Origin: Antedon mediterranea
Taxonomy: Eukaryota > Animalia > Echinodermata
Direction of reading: 5' to 3'
NCBI RefSeq assembly: GCF_964355755.1
Contig: NC_092671.1
Span: 15,500,001-15,564,000, forward strand
DNA: 64,000 nucleotides
The first letter of the stretch is position 1, and every line of letters starts with the position of its first letter. Of this stretch, positions 1 through 13,265 are shown piece by piece. The notes below the pieces were generated by a model. That model did not search any database. It worked only from the letters and a program-made list of their open reading frames with translations, and was not told where the DNA came from. The translations under genes were made by a program, and so were the position numbers.

Positions 1-3000
1 TTGAAAAAGATGCCGAAGAAAATCAGATGTATGAAAATGAGGTTTACCCAGCTCCGCCTCAGGTACTACATTGATATTAATTGTCTCATTGACAACAAGT
101 CATCATTAATATCAGCTGATCCAGCTAATGAAACATCAGTTATCGAGGCCATTTATTCCATTGTTTACATAAAGAAGTTGATTCGGATTTTCCTTTTAGG
201 TCATGAGAAATACTTAAAATGTATTGAACTGTATTTCTCTATGTGTTGGTGTATCATATCTTGTTAAATAACCATTTGATGAAAAGTGTAAAGCTTTGTC
301 TACACTATCCAAATATGGACACGATGATGTCATGTCACTACCATATTTGGGCATATCACTACCATATTTGGCTTTATACAATGTGGTAAATTGACTCTGG
401 AGTCCTCAATATTGTAGCCTGCAGTGACGATTACCATTTAATACCCACGTTAGCCCCACCCAAGAGTGGGCAAATACGACATTTCTTCGAAATAAACTAA
501 AATCATCCGCATAAAGATATAGTTTAATTATGCAAGCACTTTGTTAACATCGTTGCTCGCAATCTTTTTGGATTCCTTATTTAATCTATCATTGTCAACG
601 GCATTAATGCTATTTTACGAAAGTCATCGTTTTATTTTTATAATTCGTAGAAATTAGATTATGTATAAATCGGTGAGCTGTTAGTGAATTTGTGTGTATA
701 GTGTTTGGTTATAGGAAACCTGATACTATTTTAATGGCTAATGCATTTTCAAATTTACACAACACACTCTTCGTGTCATGCGTTTTCATCAACTAACCAA
801 ACATAGCATTTGAAAGAGTTGACAAAATACACAATACAAGAAAATTATACAGTATCGTTTATGTTTAAAAGATGGACATTTAATATTGAATAACATCATT
901 ATTCTAATTAAACGGTAAATTATTTTGAACATATCATGAATTCAACGGATGTGGTCTGAAATGAAACAAAAATAGAATTCAATTTGTATTTCAATTAATT
1001 TTCTAGAATGAAGTATACATGGAAAATGAGATGTTAAACATTATCAAGCAAATAATGACGCTACCTGTTCTTACCCCAGGAGAAGTTTATCAAGCTATGC
1101 TATATGAAGGTAATTTAACAGCAGTTTAAATCTACCGAAAAACAACCAACGTTATTTCGGTATTATTTCGGTAATATCCTGTCCATACATAATACAAAAA
1201 TTACCCTAAAGGCCAATTTACACAAACGAGCGGTAACGCGAATAAAAAATATAGAATCTATATCTATCTATCTATGGCCATTTTTCAGGATAGATGCAGA
1301 TAGTACGTGGGACAAGCTAAGCAGTTTTTGGCTTGCCGTTAGCGCTTGTCCGTAAATCTTGCCTGTATAAAAGTCTTTGTGACACTCCCATTAAGGACAC
1401 ATCCGTGACACGAACAAGAGACAATGTTTTAACACTAAAGACCAACAACTATTCAAGGGAAACCTCTATTAAGTGAACACTTTGTTAAATCCTGAACGTA
1501 TCTCCTTAACAGGTTTTATTGTAGTATTAAATGTAAAGTTTTATCGTTTTTACAGGAGCTTCTGATTTGGTAGCGTCTGTAGCAGGATTGGTATATCAGA
1601 GGATAATTGAAAGAGAAATAACGCCTGAAGCCGGCGTCAGTCTTGTAGGTATGTATTCGTGTGCCGAAGATTTAATAATATTAATAATGTATAACGTTGG
1701 ATTAAGACATTATGATAACATCACGCTAGACGCTAAACAATTCTTTTTCACACACAAAAATGGTGTGGAGAAAAAAACATAATTGCGTCACGGCAAAATT
1801 CGGATACGATGTCATACTAATTATACGATGTAGGCCTACTGGTAAACTTAACGCATCCAGATTTTAAAGGAGTTACCTCACTTTTCATAGGAATAAACTC
1901 TACTACAGGGCCCGCCCCGGTCAGCTGACCATGCCGTTTTGTCCCCACCTTCAGAAGGCCATAATCTCTATGCTTATACCGTTTTCATGAATCTATGGCA
2001 TTTAGTCATTTACTGTTACGTTTCTACGAGTTCTGACATCAAAAATGTTATTCATTAAAGTACAACTAATAGAGTAATACATATCAAACTAACTTTGTTG
2101 ACATTTGTTTGATACATAGCCGCAGTGTTTCAACTCAGTCTACCAAACGAATACATTCCAGAGGACGTCACGGATGAAAGTTTCTACGAAGACGCGTTCC
2201 TCGACTACGTCTTAGAGACAATGTCGCAAGATGAAAACATGATCAATAATGACGTAATTGATAATGACGATGACAGCCAAGAAGAAAACGTTGAAGATAT
2301 ACCGCTTAAAAACTCTGCTGGAAAACAAATCGGAGAAGAACAAAAGGTGCATAGCTTAAAGCCATTGAAAACGAAGGAAGGAAAGACAATCGGGAAAGAG
2401 GTTCACGACGAATTTAATATCCAGGCAGAAGATGGCGGCGGTAGTTTAGAGGAGGAGTTACAAGATATCGTGATGGGTGACGGAAACCAGGGTAATTACT
2501 TACTGAGCATTCATATTTTTAACACTCATAGTGTCTCTGGAATGTGATTTGTTACAATACGTTTTTAACCTTGTTAAAGATTTGTAATGTTAGGCCTACT
2601 GTTTTATACTTTTTTGTCATTTTTAGTCCTTTGTATATGTATCTTTTAATCGGATTTGCTGACAACCGACATTTCTTTGTTTTTAACGAAGACAAATAAA
2701 ATTTCTTGTATCTTGTGTCAAATGGTTTAACAAAATATAAAATGTAGTCTTCATGTTTGCTATGTAGGCCTATTCTGTATTTAAACATTGCTTGATGCCC
2801 TAACCAACATTTAAATTCTGTGTTAAAATAATGTTAACGCTACTAAAGCAAATGCTACATGCCTACAGAAGGGGTATACTGTATGTAAGCTGAAAGAAGG
2901 GCTGGGTTTAGGTGGTGGTATAATTTTAATTTGTTATCAGAACTCATGTAGGCCTATAACAATTGAATTTCTACTTTTATTTTGACTTCAGATACAAATG

Positions 3001-3617
3001 GAAAATCGTCATCGGAATCGGAAAATCTCGAAGGTTTTGGCTCAGGTGAATCGGAAATTGAGTATTTACTTGAAGGAAAAGGTACGCCTATTATTTGGAA
3101 TTACATTCTAAATTTATAGTTTGTGTAACGGGCTTTGAAGGGTGTGGAGAAGTTGTGTATGCCTCACATGCGTCACAAAGGAGGGCGCCGTCCATTTCTT
3201 TATACGATTTTTTGTTGAACAAAACGGATTAAGATAGGACACAATTCCAAAAATTAGTCGTGTATAACTGTTATTTAATCCTTCGTATTTCTGATTGATA
3301 GGGCCCCCTGCTTTTAGAGAATTTTTGATTGCGCGACGCAAAGACTACAATCATCTGCGTCTACGGCAAACATAGTACCTTTTGTAAACACAATAAAGCT
3401 ACGGTAACATAATGCCAAATTGGTTTGTAAATTGTAGTACCGTCTGTTTCTTTGACGCCTTTTCTAATCGAACACCTGACTCCATTTTATGTCTAAATGC
3501 ATTTTTATTGTTTACATTATTCTTATAGATATGGAAGAGCTACCTGACATGTTGAAGATGAAGTTAAAGAATTACTTTAAAGCCGTAGATAATGCAAATT
3601 CCAAGCTACACAAGTAA
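1..3617 (+). CDS. 3' part of a multi-exon gene encoding an uncharacterised, highly acidic (Asp/Glu-rich) protein; 5' end lies outside the window
   Basis: Phase-compatible GT-AG exons at <1-62, 1007-1109, 1556-1648, 2120-2491, 2992-3081 and 3529-3617. They join into one frame: ...EKDAEENQMYENEVYPAPPQ/NEVYMENEMLNIIKQ.../ASDLVASVAGLVYQRIIERE.../AVFQLSLPNEYIPEDVTDESFYEDAFLD.../TNGKSSSESE.../MEELPDMLKMKLKNYFKAVDNANSKLHK*. AATAAA near 3934. No family recognised. Confidence 0.75.
292..372. mobile_element. MITE family A (PIF/Harbinger-like), partial copy
   Basis: AGCTTTGTCTACACTATC end plus internal CACTACCATATTTGG repeats. Confidence 0.75.
1210..1364. mobile_element. MITE family B (GGCCAATTTA TIR, Harbinger-like)
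   Basis: Colinear similarity to 45618-45796: CCAATTTACAC..ACGAGCG, TAGAATCTA, GTGGGACAAGCTA. Confidence 0.7.
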
Positions 3618-6484
3618 TCTCAAGCCGGACACAAACCTACGTCGTTTTATGTTGTAGTTAAATCATTATTCCGCCCAACCCTCTTGGTTATTCCTTATTG
3701 ATTTTTTTTTATAAAAAGCTTTAAAAACATTTATCGATGAGTATTAGTAGTATAAATTAAGATGTTTCAGAAATTCCATTCAGAAATATCTAAAAACATA
3801 TAAGATAAATTTTAACAGAAATCCGCCAATAGTTGTCGTTTACACATTTTGTACACATACTATACTGTATACATTTTTTTACGATGGTACCACAAGCGTG
3901 TCAGAATGCACATCTTTTAAAACTTAAAAAAAAATAAATATACAAAATTACTTCTTAGAAAGGGACAACTATAAACTTTTCATAAGTGGAAAAATACTTT
4001 TCTCAATTGGAACAATTGATACGATAGAGAGTTGCTTTGAATATCCCATTGCAAGTACAAATAGTAAGTGTATGATTTATTCAGAAGTGCAATTACAAAA
4101 GTTTCTCTTCTAGAGGAGCTAATTTCCACACCGTATTTCAATCATTGTTATGGCTGGTGCTAGTGTTATTGCTCAACTAACAGAAAGACGCTGACTTCGA
4201 ACTAACCAACAAACTACAATTAACAGGGAAATACTAGATTTGAATTTTGTATAATTTCTGTTAACGACTTTTAAAAGGTTTAAACGTCTTACTAAGCAAC
4301 ATCAGTTAAATTATTATTGTATTTGTTTATTATTCATTACCTTGTATTGCTTTAACATTAAAGTTAACCAATGACATCTTTTAACTATTGTAGCTATAAA
4401 TGCTGTATTGTACCGGTAATCATAAAATCAATTTGTGACGTCTCATTGTCGTCATTACGTCAATCGGCGTCATTACGGTCGCCGCGACGCATTATTGATA
4501 TCAGTGAGAATCTCTTATTCAATGTATTTCGTGTCGTTTGGTCTGTAAATGTAATCTTTAATTATTTTTTTAAGACATACTCGAACTCTGTAATATAATT
4601 ATTCATATCAGTGACTAGAATGTAGAAATCACAAGCGTTGGTTCCAGGAAAGGGAGTCCCTCTCCAAACTTTCTTATACCGGTCCTACCTTTCGTCGGTT
4701 GCTCGCAAAAATAACACGCCAATAATAGCGTTCGTTTCTTGTGTGTAAGGTTCCCACTTTGAAAGTGAATATGTACTGGCTTTAAACAGTTCACCGTGAT
4801 CTATAGGCCTACCCACCGCACTCTCTTTCCTGGATATTACGTGATGCCTATAGTTAGTTAATAGTGTGCTACACATTACAAATACATTATGTAGTTATTT
4901 GGCCAAAACAATATTTGAAATATTCCTTAAATAATATGCTCATACGTAATACAGAGATTAACATGAACCTGCAGGGCCTGCAGTAGTAGGTTTATATAAA
5001 AAAACGCTCTCTGGCAAAACGTAAAATAATAACACAATGCTAAGATGTGACATATATGAAGGTATAGTAAACTCCATGGTAGGCTACATAGTAATGAAAT
5101 ATAGTATATCGATGTATGCTTACAGAATGCACGTCTTATTGCTTAATTATATTTGTGATGTTTTGTAAAGGAGAAATATAACTATTTTATGTAATATTGA
5201 TCGATATATAGATTTTACCAAGGAATGAGAGTCACACTTCTACAGAACACGTGCTGATTGTCAAAATGTTTCAATTCAAATATCAACACGTGTTTACCGT
5301 TAAAACACGTGACGTGTGTGCCTTTAGGGATGATAAATAATGTTGCCAGAAAGTTTATGTAAAGTATATTTTGAAATTTAACTATAATGCTTTGCTATTT
5401 TTGGTGTATATAATTACATTTTTGATATTTCACTGAAGATTGTAATCGTTTTGGTGCAAGGTCTGTAAAATAAAACAAAAATCATGTGCCAGATATCAAA
5501 TTTGGAAAAGTATTTAAATAGTCACTCGCAGTAGACAAATATGACGAACTTAGGAGGAAGTTTTTCATTAATTTCTACGAATTCAGATCTGTAAAGTTTT
5601 GCAACAGCAAGTTGAATGTTATCATATTGGTTTAACCGGATGCCTCTGTGTAGTACTTTCATCTGTCAAAGAAATTTATTGATTATAATTAAGCTCTACT
5701 TTCATTGTATATTATTATTCCAATTTGCCAAAAAAAATGAACGAATTTTGTCGATATCGACGAAATAGGTTGTGGATTGATCACGGGCCGAGTTAAATAT
5801 TCATAAATATGGAAAACATAACTCCGAGTAGGGCCTAGTTTGGTAACACACAATAACTACAAAAACAATGGAAAGAGCTGATTATCAGTTATTAGTGAGG
5901 TGTGTTTGTGGGAGGGGATAATTATTAGCGTGTTGATGCATCGGCCTTTGTTTGTTTCATTTTCATAGCTGTGGCAGTGACAGTTAAATTGATATCTATG
6001 AGTATCTAACTCTAAGTTGGGTTGTAGAAATTGCATTAGCGCCCTCAAAAAGGTTATGAAGACAAGCGAATGAAGTGAAACACGTAATTCTTTGAGTGAA
6101 CATAAATTATAATTGACTTCGCCTTTGTGCACCAATTGTGTACTGCTGTTAAATCATTAGTTTTTTTATAACATAGATAATAATAATGGTGATACAAATT
6201 TACTGAAAATCACATCTTCCTGTTGTTATCAGCCCCACAAAATCTACAACATGGTGACAAGTTACATTACACAACATTCACAAAACATTTTAAGCCTACA
6301 TAAAAAAAACGCCGAAAAAGACAGACAAAACCAATTAAGTTACAATAAAGGTTTTAAAAATACTGTACTGTAGGCTATTCTACTTTTGTTACTTAATTAT
6401 TTAAAATTTAAGTACAGTAACTTATAATTTAGAATTATTGCAAAAATAAGCCTACAAAGTGGAAACACACGTTTAATCGTTTAA

Positions 6485-7045
6485 AGATGTATTGTCCCTT
6501 GAAACACACAAAAAAATGAAGGTCAAAATATTCTAAATTTAAATTGGCCATATATAATTATAGTAATATTAAAGTTATTCACTTTAAGTCAAAAATTCGA
6601 GCCAAAAACAACAAGTTTACGTATAATTAACAGGTAAATTTAGTTTGATTACATTTCGTCTGGAAAATCGTCGCGAGCGAAAGTAAACAAAGACTTCAAA
6701 CCACGAGTACGCATTATGCATGATGCTAATTAAGATTGTTTATTACAACTCGTCACGGTCACTCGTCAAGGTATTTTCACACAGATCGTAAGGAAGTTTT
6801 ATGATTATGCATACAGAGTGGCCAAAGAGCGTTTCATTATGGGATATGTTTTGAGCGAAAACTTTGACTGGAAGTCAAAGTTATTTTTTTAACGAAAAAA
6901 CGTCTGTATTTCAGTTAAATGATTTTTTTTTCGACAAATTTTTGGTGATAGTTAATAACTATTATGACACTTCAAAATGACCCACCTTTTTTCAAAATCT
7001 TTTATTTTTTTTTTTTTTTTAATTAGTCAAAGGGACAATACATCT
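6485..7045. mobile_element. Non-autonomous Kolobok-like DNA transposon
   Basis: TIR AGATGTATTGTCCCTT...AAGGGACAATACATCT, flanked by TTAA on both sides. A truncated left end of the same family starts at 10180. Confidence 0.85.
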
Positions 7046-8323
7046 TTAACGAAACAAAAGTAATAGTTTCGAGAAAGTTTTCTCATGATTAATTTTTGTT
7101 ACTTAAAAGATAAATATGCATGATCACTCTCAGACGCAAAGTTCCTGGAACCACCAGTAGGTGGTGCTGTACACTACTAAAACTTTTACGGAACACTCAA
7201 TACTTTCGTAGTGAGAAATCAGCCTAGGGCCTAATGACTTAAAATGCCCCAGATATGTATGTTGTAGCCAACATGTTGACATTGTATCGCATGGAACGCC
7301 TTAGGATGGTTTTAAGAGGGTTGGAAACGCTGAAAAACATACGAAACACCATCTTACCCAAAAAGTGAATTTTATGATTTTATTTAAAAAGGATGTGACG
7401 TCACAAACAACGTCATCTTTGGCATGTCTTCGGAAGCAACGTCTTCGGAAGCATTGGGATGCTCGGAAATGCCACCCAAACAAAGTTCAAGAAAAGATGT
7501 CAACTCTGTTCTAATTGGTCGGTTTTAATTGGATCGACGAGCTAGATGACTTGTATTGAGGCTGTGACCCTGGGGTTTGCAGGATCGATTCTCTACTTGA
7601 CAATTTTTTAAATATTTGTTTTAGTTTGATTATTTAGTTAATATTTAGGACGAGTTTTATTATTTATGTTTGTCATCAAAACAAGTTCATAGTTGATAAA
7701 ACCATTCCTCCGTGGAATAAACAACGATTCCACATCATGACCAATGTGAGTACAGACACTATCTCAACATTCACTTCCAACATTAAAATCAGTAGGTGAG
7801 AGGATGCATTCTCCGACGTATTGGGTAAAGCATCCTCTCACCACCAAAATCCTTCATCAACTACAGTCATCCTCATCCAGGAACATAACACAAAAGTATG
7901 ATGTGCAACATCAAAACTACGACAAGACATGTACCCTTCACCATGCCTTCAACAAACTCACACCTTCATCTTTTAATTATTGTGCAGCGCGGTACAACAT
8001 CTATACCTACAGGTAGGTAGTCCCTTTCATCTGGCCAGACCAGACACATGGCGAAAACAAAAAACACGAAAAACTCTGGATCATCACCGGTGACTAGATA
8101 CTGGAAGGTAACTTGACCAATCACGACGCCATGGATCATCCGAACTACTGCTTGTGGTTGGTCAACTCACGTTGTGACTACGTCGTTCTGACCTTTGACA
8201 CATGTGTGCTCCAGATAGCATCATTCAGTGCATCCCACAAGCTGTTTATTTTACTCGGAGCCGCACCCATAGCTTCATATCTTGCATATAATATAACCCG
8301 ACATTTTTTTTCTAAGAAGAATA

Positions 8324-10726
8324 ATGAAGTACACGCTGATCGTTTTTGCAGTTGCTCTTTTTGTAGCTGGAGGTAGGTTAAAACTAAACAATTGCAACTT
8401 TGATTCACGAAAGTGTGTTTAAAAGTTTCGGTTAAAACTACTTTAATTAAGTCATCTTCAACGTCAACGATCATCTATTTAAGGAGGTTATGGTGAGTCT
8501 ATGACTATGAGTTTGAACATTTTAGGAGAATTGATATGAAATGACATGACAATCAACGCCTATCATTTTAAGTTTTCATATATTTTTAGTACAGGATTTA
8601 CAGAATGTTTTAGATGAATAAAAGGTCTCTCCCTATATAATTATATATATATATATATCCGTCTTAAAGATTCAAATTCAAAATGCGACCTTTTTGCAAC
8701 GGAATTTGCCATAACACGATTACTAATGAAATTTGAAGTAGGCGCCTTAAAATTCCAACAATTTAGGTGAATTGTACCTTGTTCAGAGAATTAGCATTTT
8801 AACTATTTGTTTGTTAATTATGGGATTTGTATTGCTACTCCAAAATCTTAAATATTAATATAATACGTGGAAATATAGAAAAGTTGAGATTTTATAAGAA
8901 CAAAAATGCAGACAAAATACAGATAAATTAGCTGGAGACTAATAATACTGTGTAACATAGTTTGTAGTACGATAGATAGAAAACAGTTCGATTAATTAAG
9001 CCGATTTTCCACTAGGCGAATAAAGCTGACACTTTTGATTCGCGCGAACAAATTCGCCTAGTGGAAAATCGGCTTAAAAGCTGACACTTTTGATTCGTGC
9101 GAACAAATTCACCTAGTGGAAAATCGGCTTAATTAATCGAACTACGTACTGTAGTCATTTTTTTTTATGAACAAACAAACAAACAACAAATTAATTCGCT
9201 TAATGGAAAATCGGCGATGATAATGGAAAGAGAACACTAATCAATACCGTGCATGGTACTGAATGAATCCGGTATGTACCAGGTACTGAATTTTACGGTA
9301 TCATGTCGTGCTGTCTGCATTGACCTGAACGTTTTCTTGGATGGAGAAATATGGATTACTACACATCCCATTGTTATTTCCGTTTCAGTCGAGTTTTCTA
9401 AAAGATTAACAAAAATTCAGATATAACAGCAAATCTATAATAATTTATAATAATATAATTTTGTCTCTAATTACTTCTTCTTAATTTTAAATAGTGTCTA
9501 TCATTGAAATTCAATAGAAACTTGGAAATGGTATATAATGGCTTGGTATACAAAGATTCATAAAAATACAAAAATGCAAGCATAAGCACAACAATCAAAA
9601 ATAAAAAACGGTTGTGGTCGTTAAATGAAAAATATAATTAGGCAAATAATGATATAATGTTATTGACATTTATTTTATTTATAATCATGTAATTTTAATT
9701 CTATACTATTTATAAATTGAATCTTGAATCAAATTGATCCTCAATTAATTACGTAATAACTTGGACTACTTAGAAAGCACTGATTTTTATTTGTTTTAGC
9801 TGGTGCTATCGACTGTTACGATTGTCAAGAATGTAGTACACCAAAAAACAGCATCACCTGTCCAGAAAACCAGTTGCTTGGTGAATTCGTATGTGGCTTG
9901 GCAGTTTCGGGTGACCGTAAGTATACTTTTCATCTGGCTACCAATATAATGCAGTAATGTTCATAATTATTATCATTATACACTAAAGCAGCTTGGTTCC
10001 CACTAGGATTTATAAGCGTAACACAAGTCTTTTCGACCAATCACGACGAGATATGGTCCACTGGTCGTGTTTGGTCAAATTCCGTGCCGTGCGCTTACGT
10101 CGTTGCGTTGAATCGGGAACCGCCAAGCTTGGTACCCACTATGACGCAAGCGACTGTTTGAATTATCCATATAGCTTAAAGATGTATTGTGCCCCAAAAA
10201 CATGAAAAATAAATATTAATAAAGTCGGATTTTGAATAGGCCATTTGTAGTTTTAATCAAGCCAATCACTTCCGCAAAAAAAACACGAAAAATGACAAAA
10301 GAAACGGATAAATTCAACCAAAAGGCAGCCAATTTTACTATTTTTTGCTTTAAATTACAGTTTTTGTTTTGTCACAAAAAGTAGATGAAAATATTAATAC
10401 GCATGCGCATTAGTGAACATTTTCGCAAAACCGGCTTCATGATTGGAGGTCCATGCATTGGTAGTTGCGTTGCGCTCATTTGCGTTCTATCTATTGATTG
10501 AACTTTATTATACAAACGGACGGTTTCATTTTTAGGTAAAGACCGAACCTGCCTTGCTAAATCTGCATGTGATCTTCTGAGCCCAAAATGTGACGATGAT
10601 ACACAAACTAACTGCTTTACATGCTGTAGTGATAAGGATAACTGCAACTCATCTGCAATTGTAGGAATTAATCTTCTGACTGTAGTCAGCGTTGTTTTGA
10701 TCAGTTTGTTCTTTTCAAGACAGTAG
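8324..10726 (+). CDS. Ly6/uPAR (three-finger) GPI-anchored cell-surface protein, 3 exons
   Basis: Exon 8324-8372 encodes a signal peptide (MKYTLIVFAVALFVAG). Exon 9800-9916 encodes IDCYDCQEC...TC...VC. Exon 10536-10726 encodes RTC...CCSDKDNCNSS plus the hydrophobic tail AIVGINLLTVVSVVLISLFF. Both introns are phase 1. CYxC start, CCxxxxxCN end and a GPI-signal-like tail are diagnostic. AATAAA near 11106. Missed by the ORF track. Confidence 0.9.
8985..9143. repeat. Small inverted-repeat element with a duplicated right half
   Basis: AGTTCGATTAATTAAGCCGATTTTCCACTAGGCGAA is inverted at 9052-9076 and again at 9108-9143. Confidence 0.8.
9990..10152. mobile_element. Harbinger-like MITE (AGCTTGGTTCCCACT end) with an adjacent second left end
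   Basis: GCTTGGTTCCC...GGGAACCGCCAAGCT termini. Internal IR GACCAATCACGAC...GTCGTGTTTGGTC; a related remnant lies at ~8113-8165. Confidence 0.6.
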
Positions 10727-13265
10727 AAGAGCGGCAAGGCGTGGCCTACGATAGAAGGGTGTTTCTCCTCTCTCGATGATGTCGTTTAATAATTAAATTT
10801 CAATTCTAACTGGCAACTCTAAAAAAACAACATTTGTTGTTGGCAAATTTGTTTGGATGATTTTTATAACATTTTTAATCCCAAATGCAGTATTAAAAGC
10901 ACAATTAATGTAGAAAAAGCAATATATATCTCATCTCAACTTTACTAGTCTACTGAATTAAAAATGTAGGCAGCTATGTACACTTTCAAATGAAAGTTTT
11001 TAAAGTTTTGTAACTAACTTTTTAAAGATTACTTTTAAACAATTTACACTGTAATCCGCATGCAAATTAGATGATTTTGTACTCTTTTACGATCTTTTCT
11101 TTAAAAATAAAGTATTTGATTTTAAAGTGTCTTCTGGTTGCATTCTTACATTTGCGGCAAAGTCAGTTATAATATATTTAAATAACATACAGAGTGATGC
11201 TCTGCCTGTAATTTAAAGAAAAAATTGCTTTTAATATTGATTGATTAACATAATCAATATTTACGATACCAGTATATGAGGTGCCTGGTAGTATATGCAT
11301 ATTAGGTGCCTGGTAGTGTGTATGAGAAGCCTGGTTGGTTGGTTTCCATGTCTGAAGTAGGCCAAAATATTACTAATTATGAGAACTAAATTTATACAGT
11401 CAATTATATAATATTTAGGAAATGGTGTACTGTTCTACCGCATCCAATAAAATCCGGAATATGTTAGGCCTATATGTTTTTAATATATATACCAGTTGAG
11501 GTTGAATTTATTTCTAAATGAACACACAAATGATTCACACTATTCAATTTTTCGCTTTGAGACAACAAAATACAATACAAATACAAAACAAAAAGTACAA
11601 AATCCACGTAGGCCTATAGTATCTAACATGGTGCTAATAATATGGTAAAAACTATTAGGTATGGAGTCGTAATAATATGATATTAAAGCTGAATGATTTA
11701 TCAAAGATGTTACGCTCAAGAAAAGACATAGAAGATGGAGTAAACATTTCTTAATTTCTTCATTAATCAACACAGAAAACTACAGGTAGTATGGTAGTTT
11801 ATGATAGTTCATATTTTGGTATGTTTAATTCCACAGACCATATATTAGATGCAGGGGCTGTCATATCATAATAGTCAGCAGTGCTGATTTCAAATGCCTA
11901 ATTGTATATATATATATATAATATATACACACAAACATCATATTTTCGATAGCAGATTAACTTTGCCCTGTAAACTCTAAAAGAAATGTTTACTCCATTT
12001 TCTACCAAAATAACAGGAATGTGCACGTAGAATTTAACTTGAGCCATACATGTGAGCACTAACTTGAATGCAGCTTTCCCCTTCAAGAACTGAATATTCA
12101 AATGTTTCTTTTGTATCATAAGTCGCTTTATAACAAATAACAACATACAAGAATATTAGCATCTGTGGATGTCATTTAATATACAGTTACATTTCAAAAC
12201 TGTTGTCAAACTGAAGAACCATAGATAAAGTTTTTATAAATTCAAATAATATATTATTTTTATCAATGCTAAAAGATAAAATGCTATATTATTACACTGT
12301 GGGAGGAACCCTATATTTTTTTACAAATAAATTCATACCCCTATAAGAAAAAAAAACAATGCAAAATAATAAATGCTATGCAATATATATTATAGTTCTT
12401 TTTAAATAAACTCATATTCTATCATTATTATATTACTGTATCATGGTTTAAATAATAAAATAAAAATAATATTCAGAAAGGATTATTTTCACTGTGTTAA
12501 AGTAATATTAATCATATTTGAAAGGTTTGGCATTTGATACATAATTTAAATACTAATATGGTGATCATTCGAGGTCAAATTACATAAAATAAGTGATAAA
12601 ACATTTCATTTTGAGAGTACAAGGTCAATAATTTATAATGTTCTTCACCCCTTTTTAGTCGATTATCAAAATTAATACTAAAACATTGTTACAAAGTAGA
12701 AAGTATTGAAACAAGAGAGAGATAGTTGAAATAATTCTACACAATATATTAATAGTTATACTTAGTATTTAGAACAATTGTGTGTACAGTCGACTACTAT
12801 CTTGACTGATATAATATAATTATTATGTTGGTTTGGGCATTACATTACTAACTGCCATCAAGACAGGTCAAATTAAGGTCAAGTCAGGTCAAAACATGTC
12901 AGTCGCACTATAATAAACTATAAAAAATACTGCAATCAATTCCATGAAATTACAGTAAGTATAAAATGTATGAGTCATGCATTGAGTAAATCTACATCAG
13001 GAAAGCATTTGAAATACACACACGAAAACAGTAAAACATACAGTACTTTATAGAATTATTACAATATAAATCTACCAGGAATCCATTACAATATACTAAA
13101 AATGAATTTACATTTTCAATATATATTTTATAAATTGTAGATAAACTCAAGAAATATGTGTCCTACATTAATATTAATTATAATACTTCTTTTCCAACAA
13201 GGACTGTGTTCCACTAACCATCTGGAAAAGAGGCCTTAATATCAATGTGAAAGTCGAATCAAATG

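Noticed and set aside
10372-10737. 121-aa minus-strand ORF, and other antisense ORFs such as 35926-36237, 43524-44024 and 58960-59599
   Set aside because: Shadows of real exons or the LINE on the opposite strand
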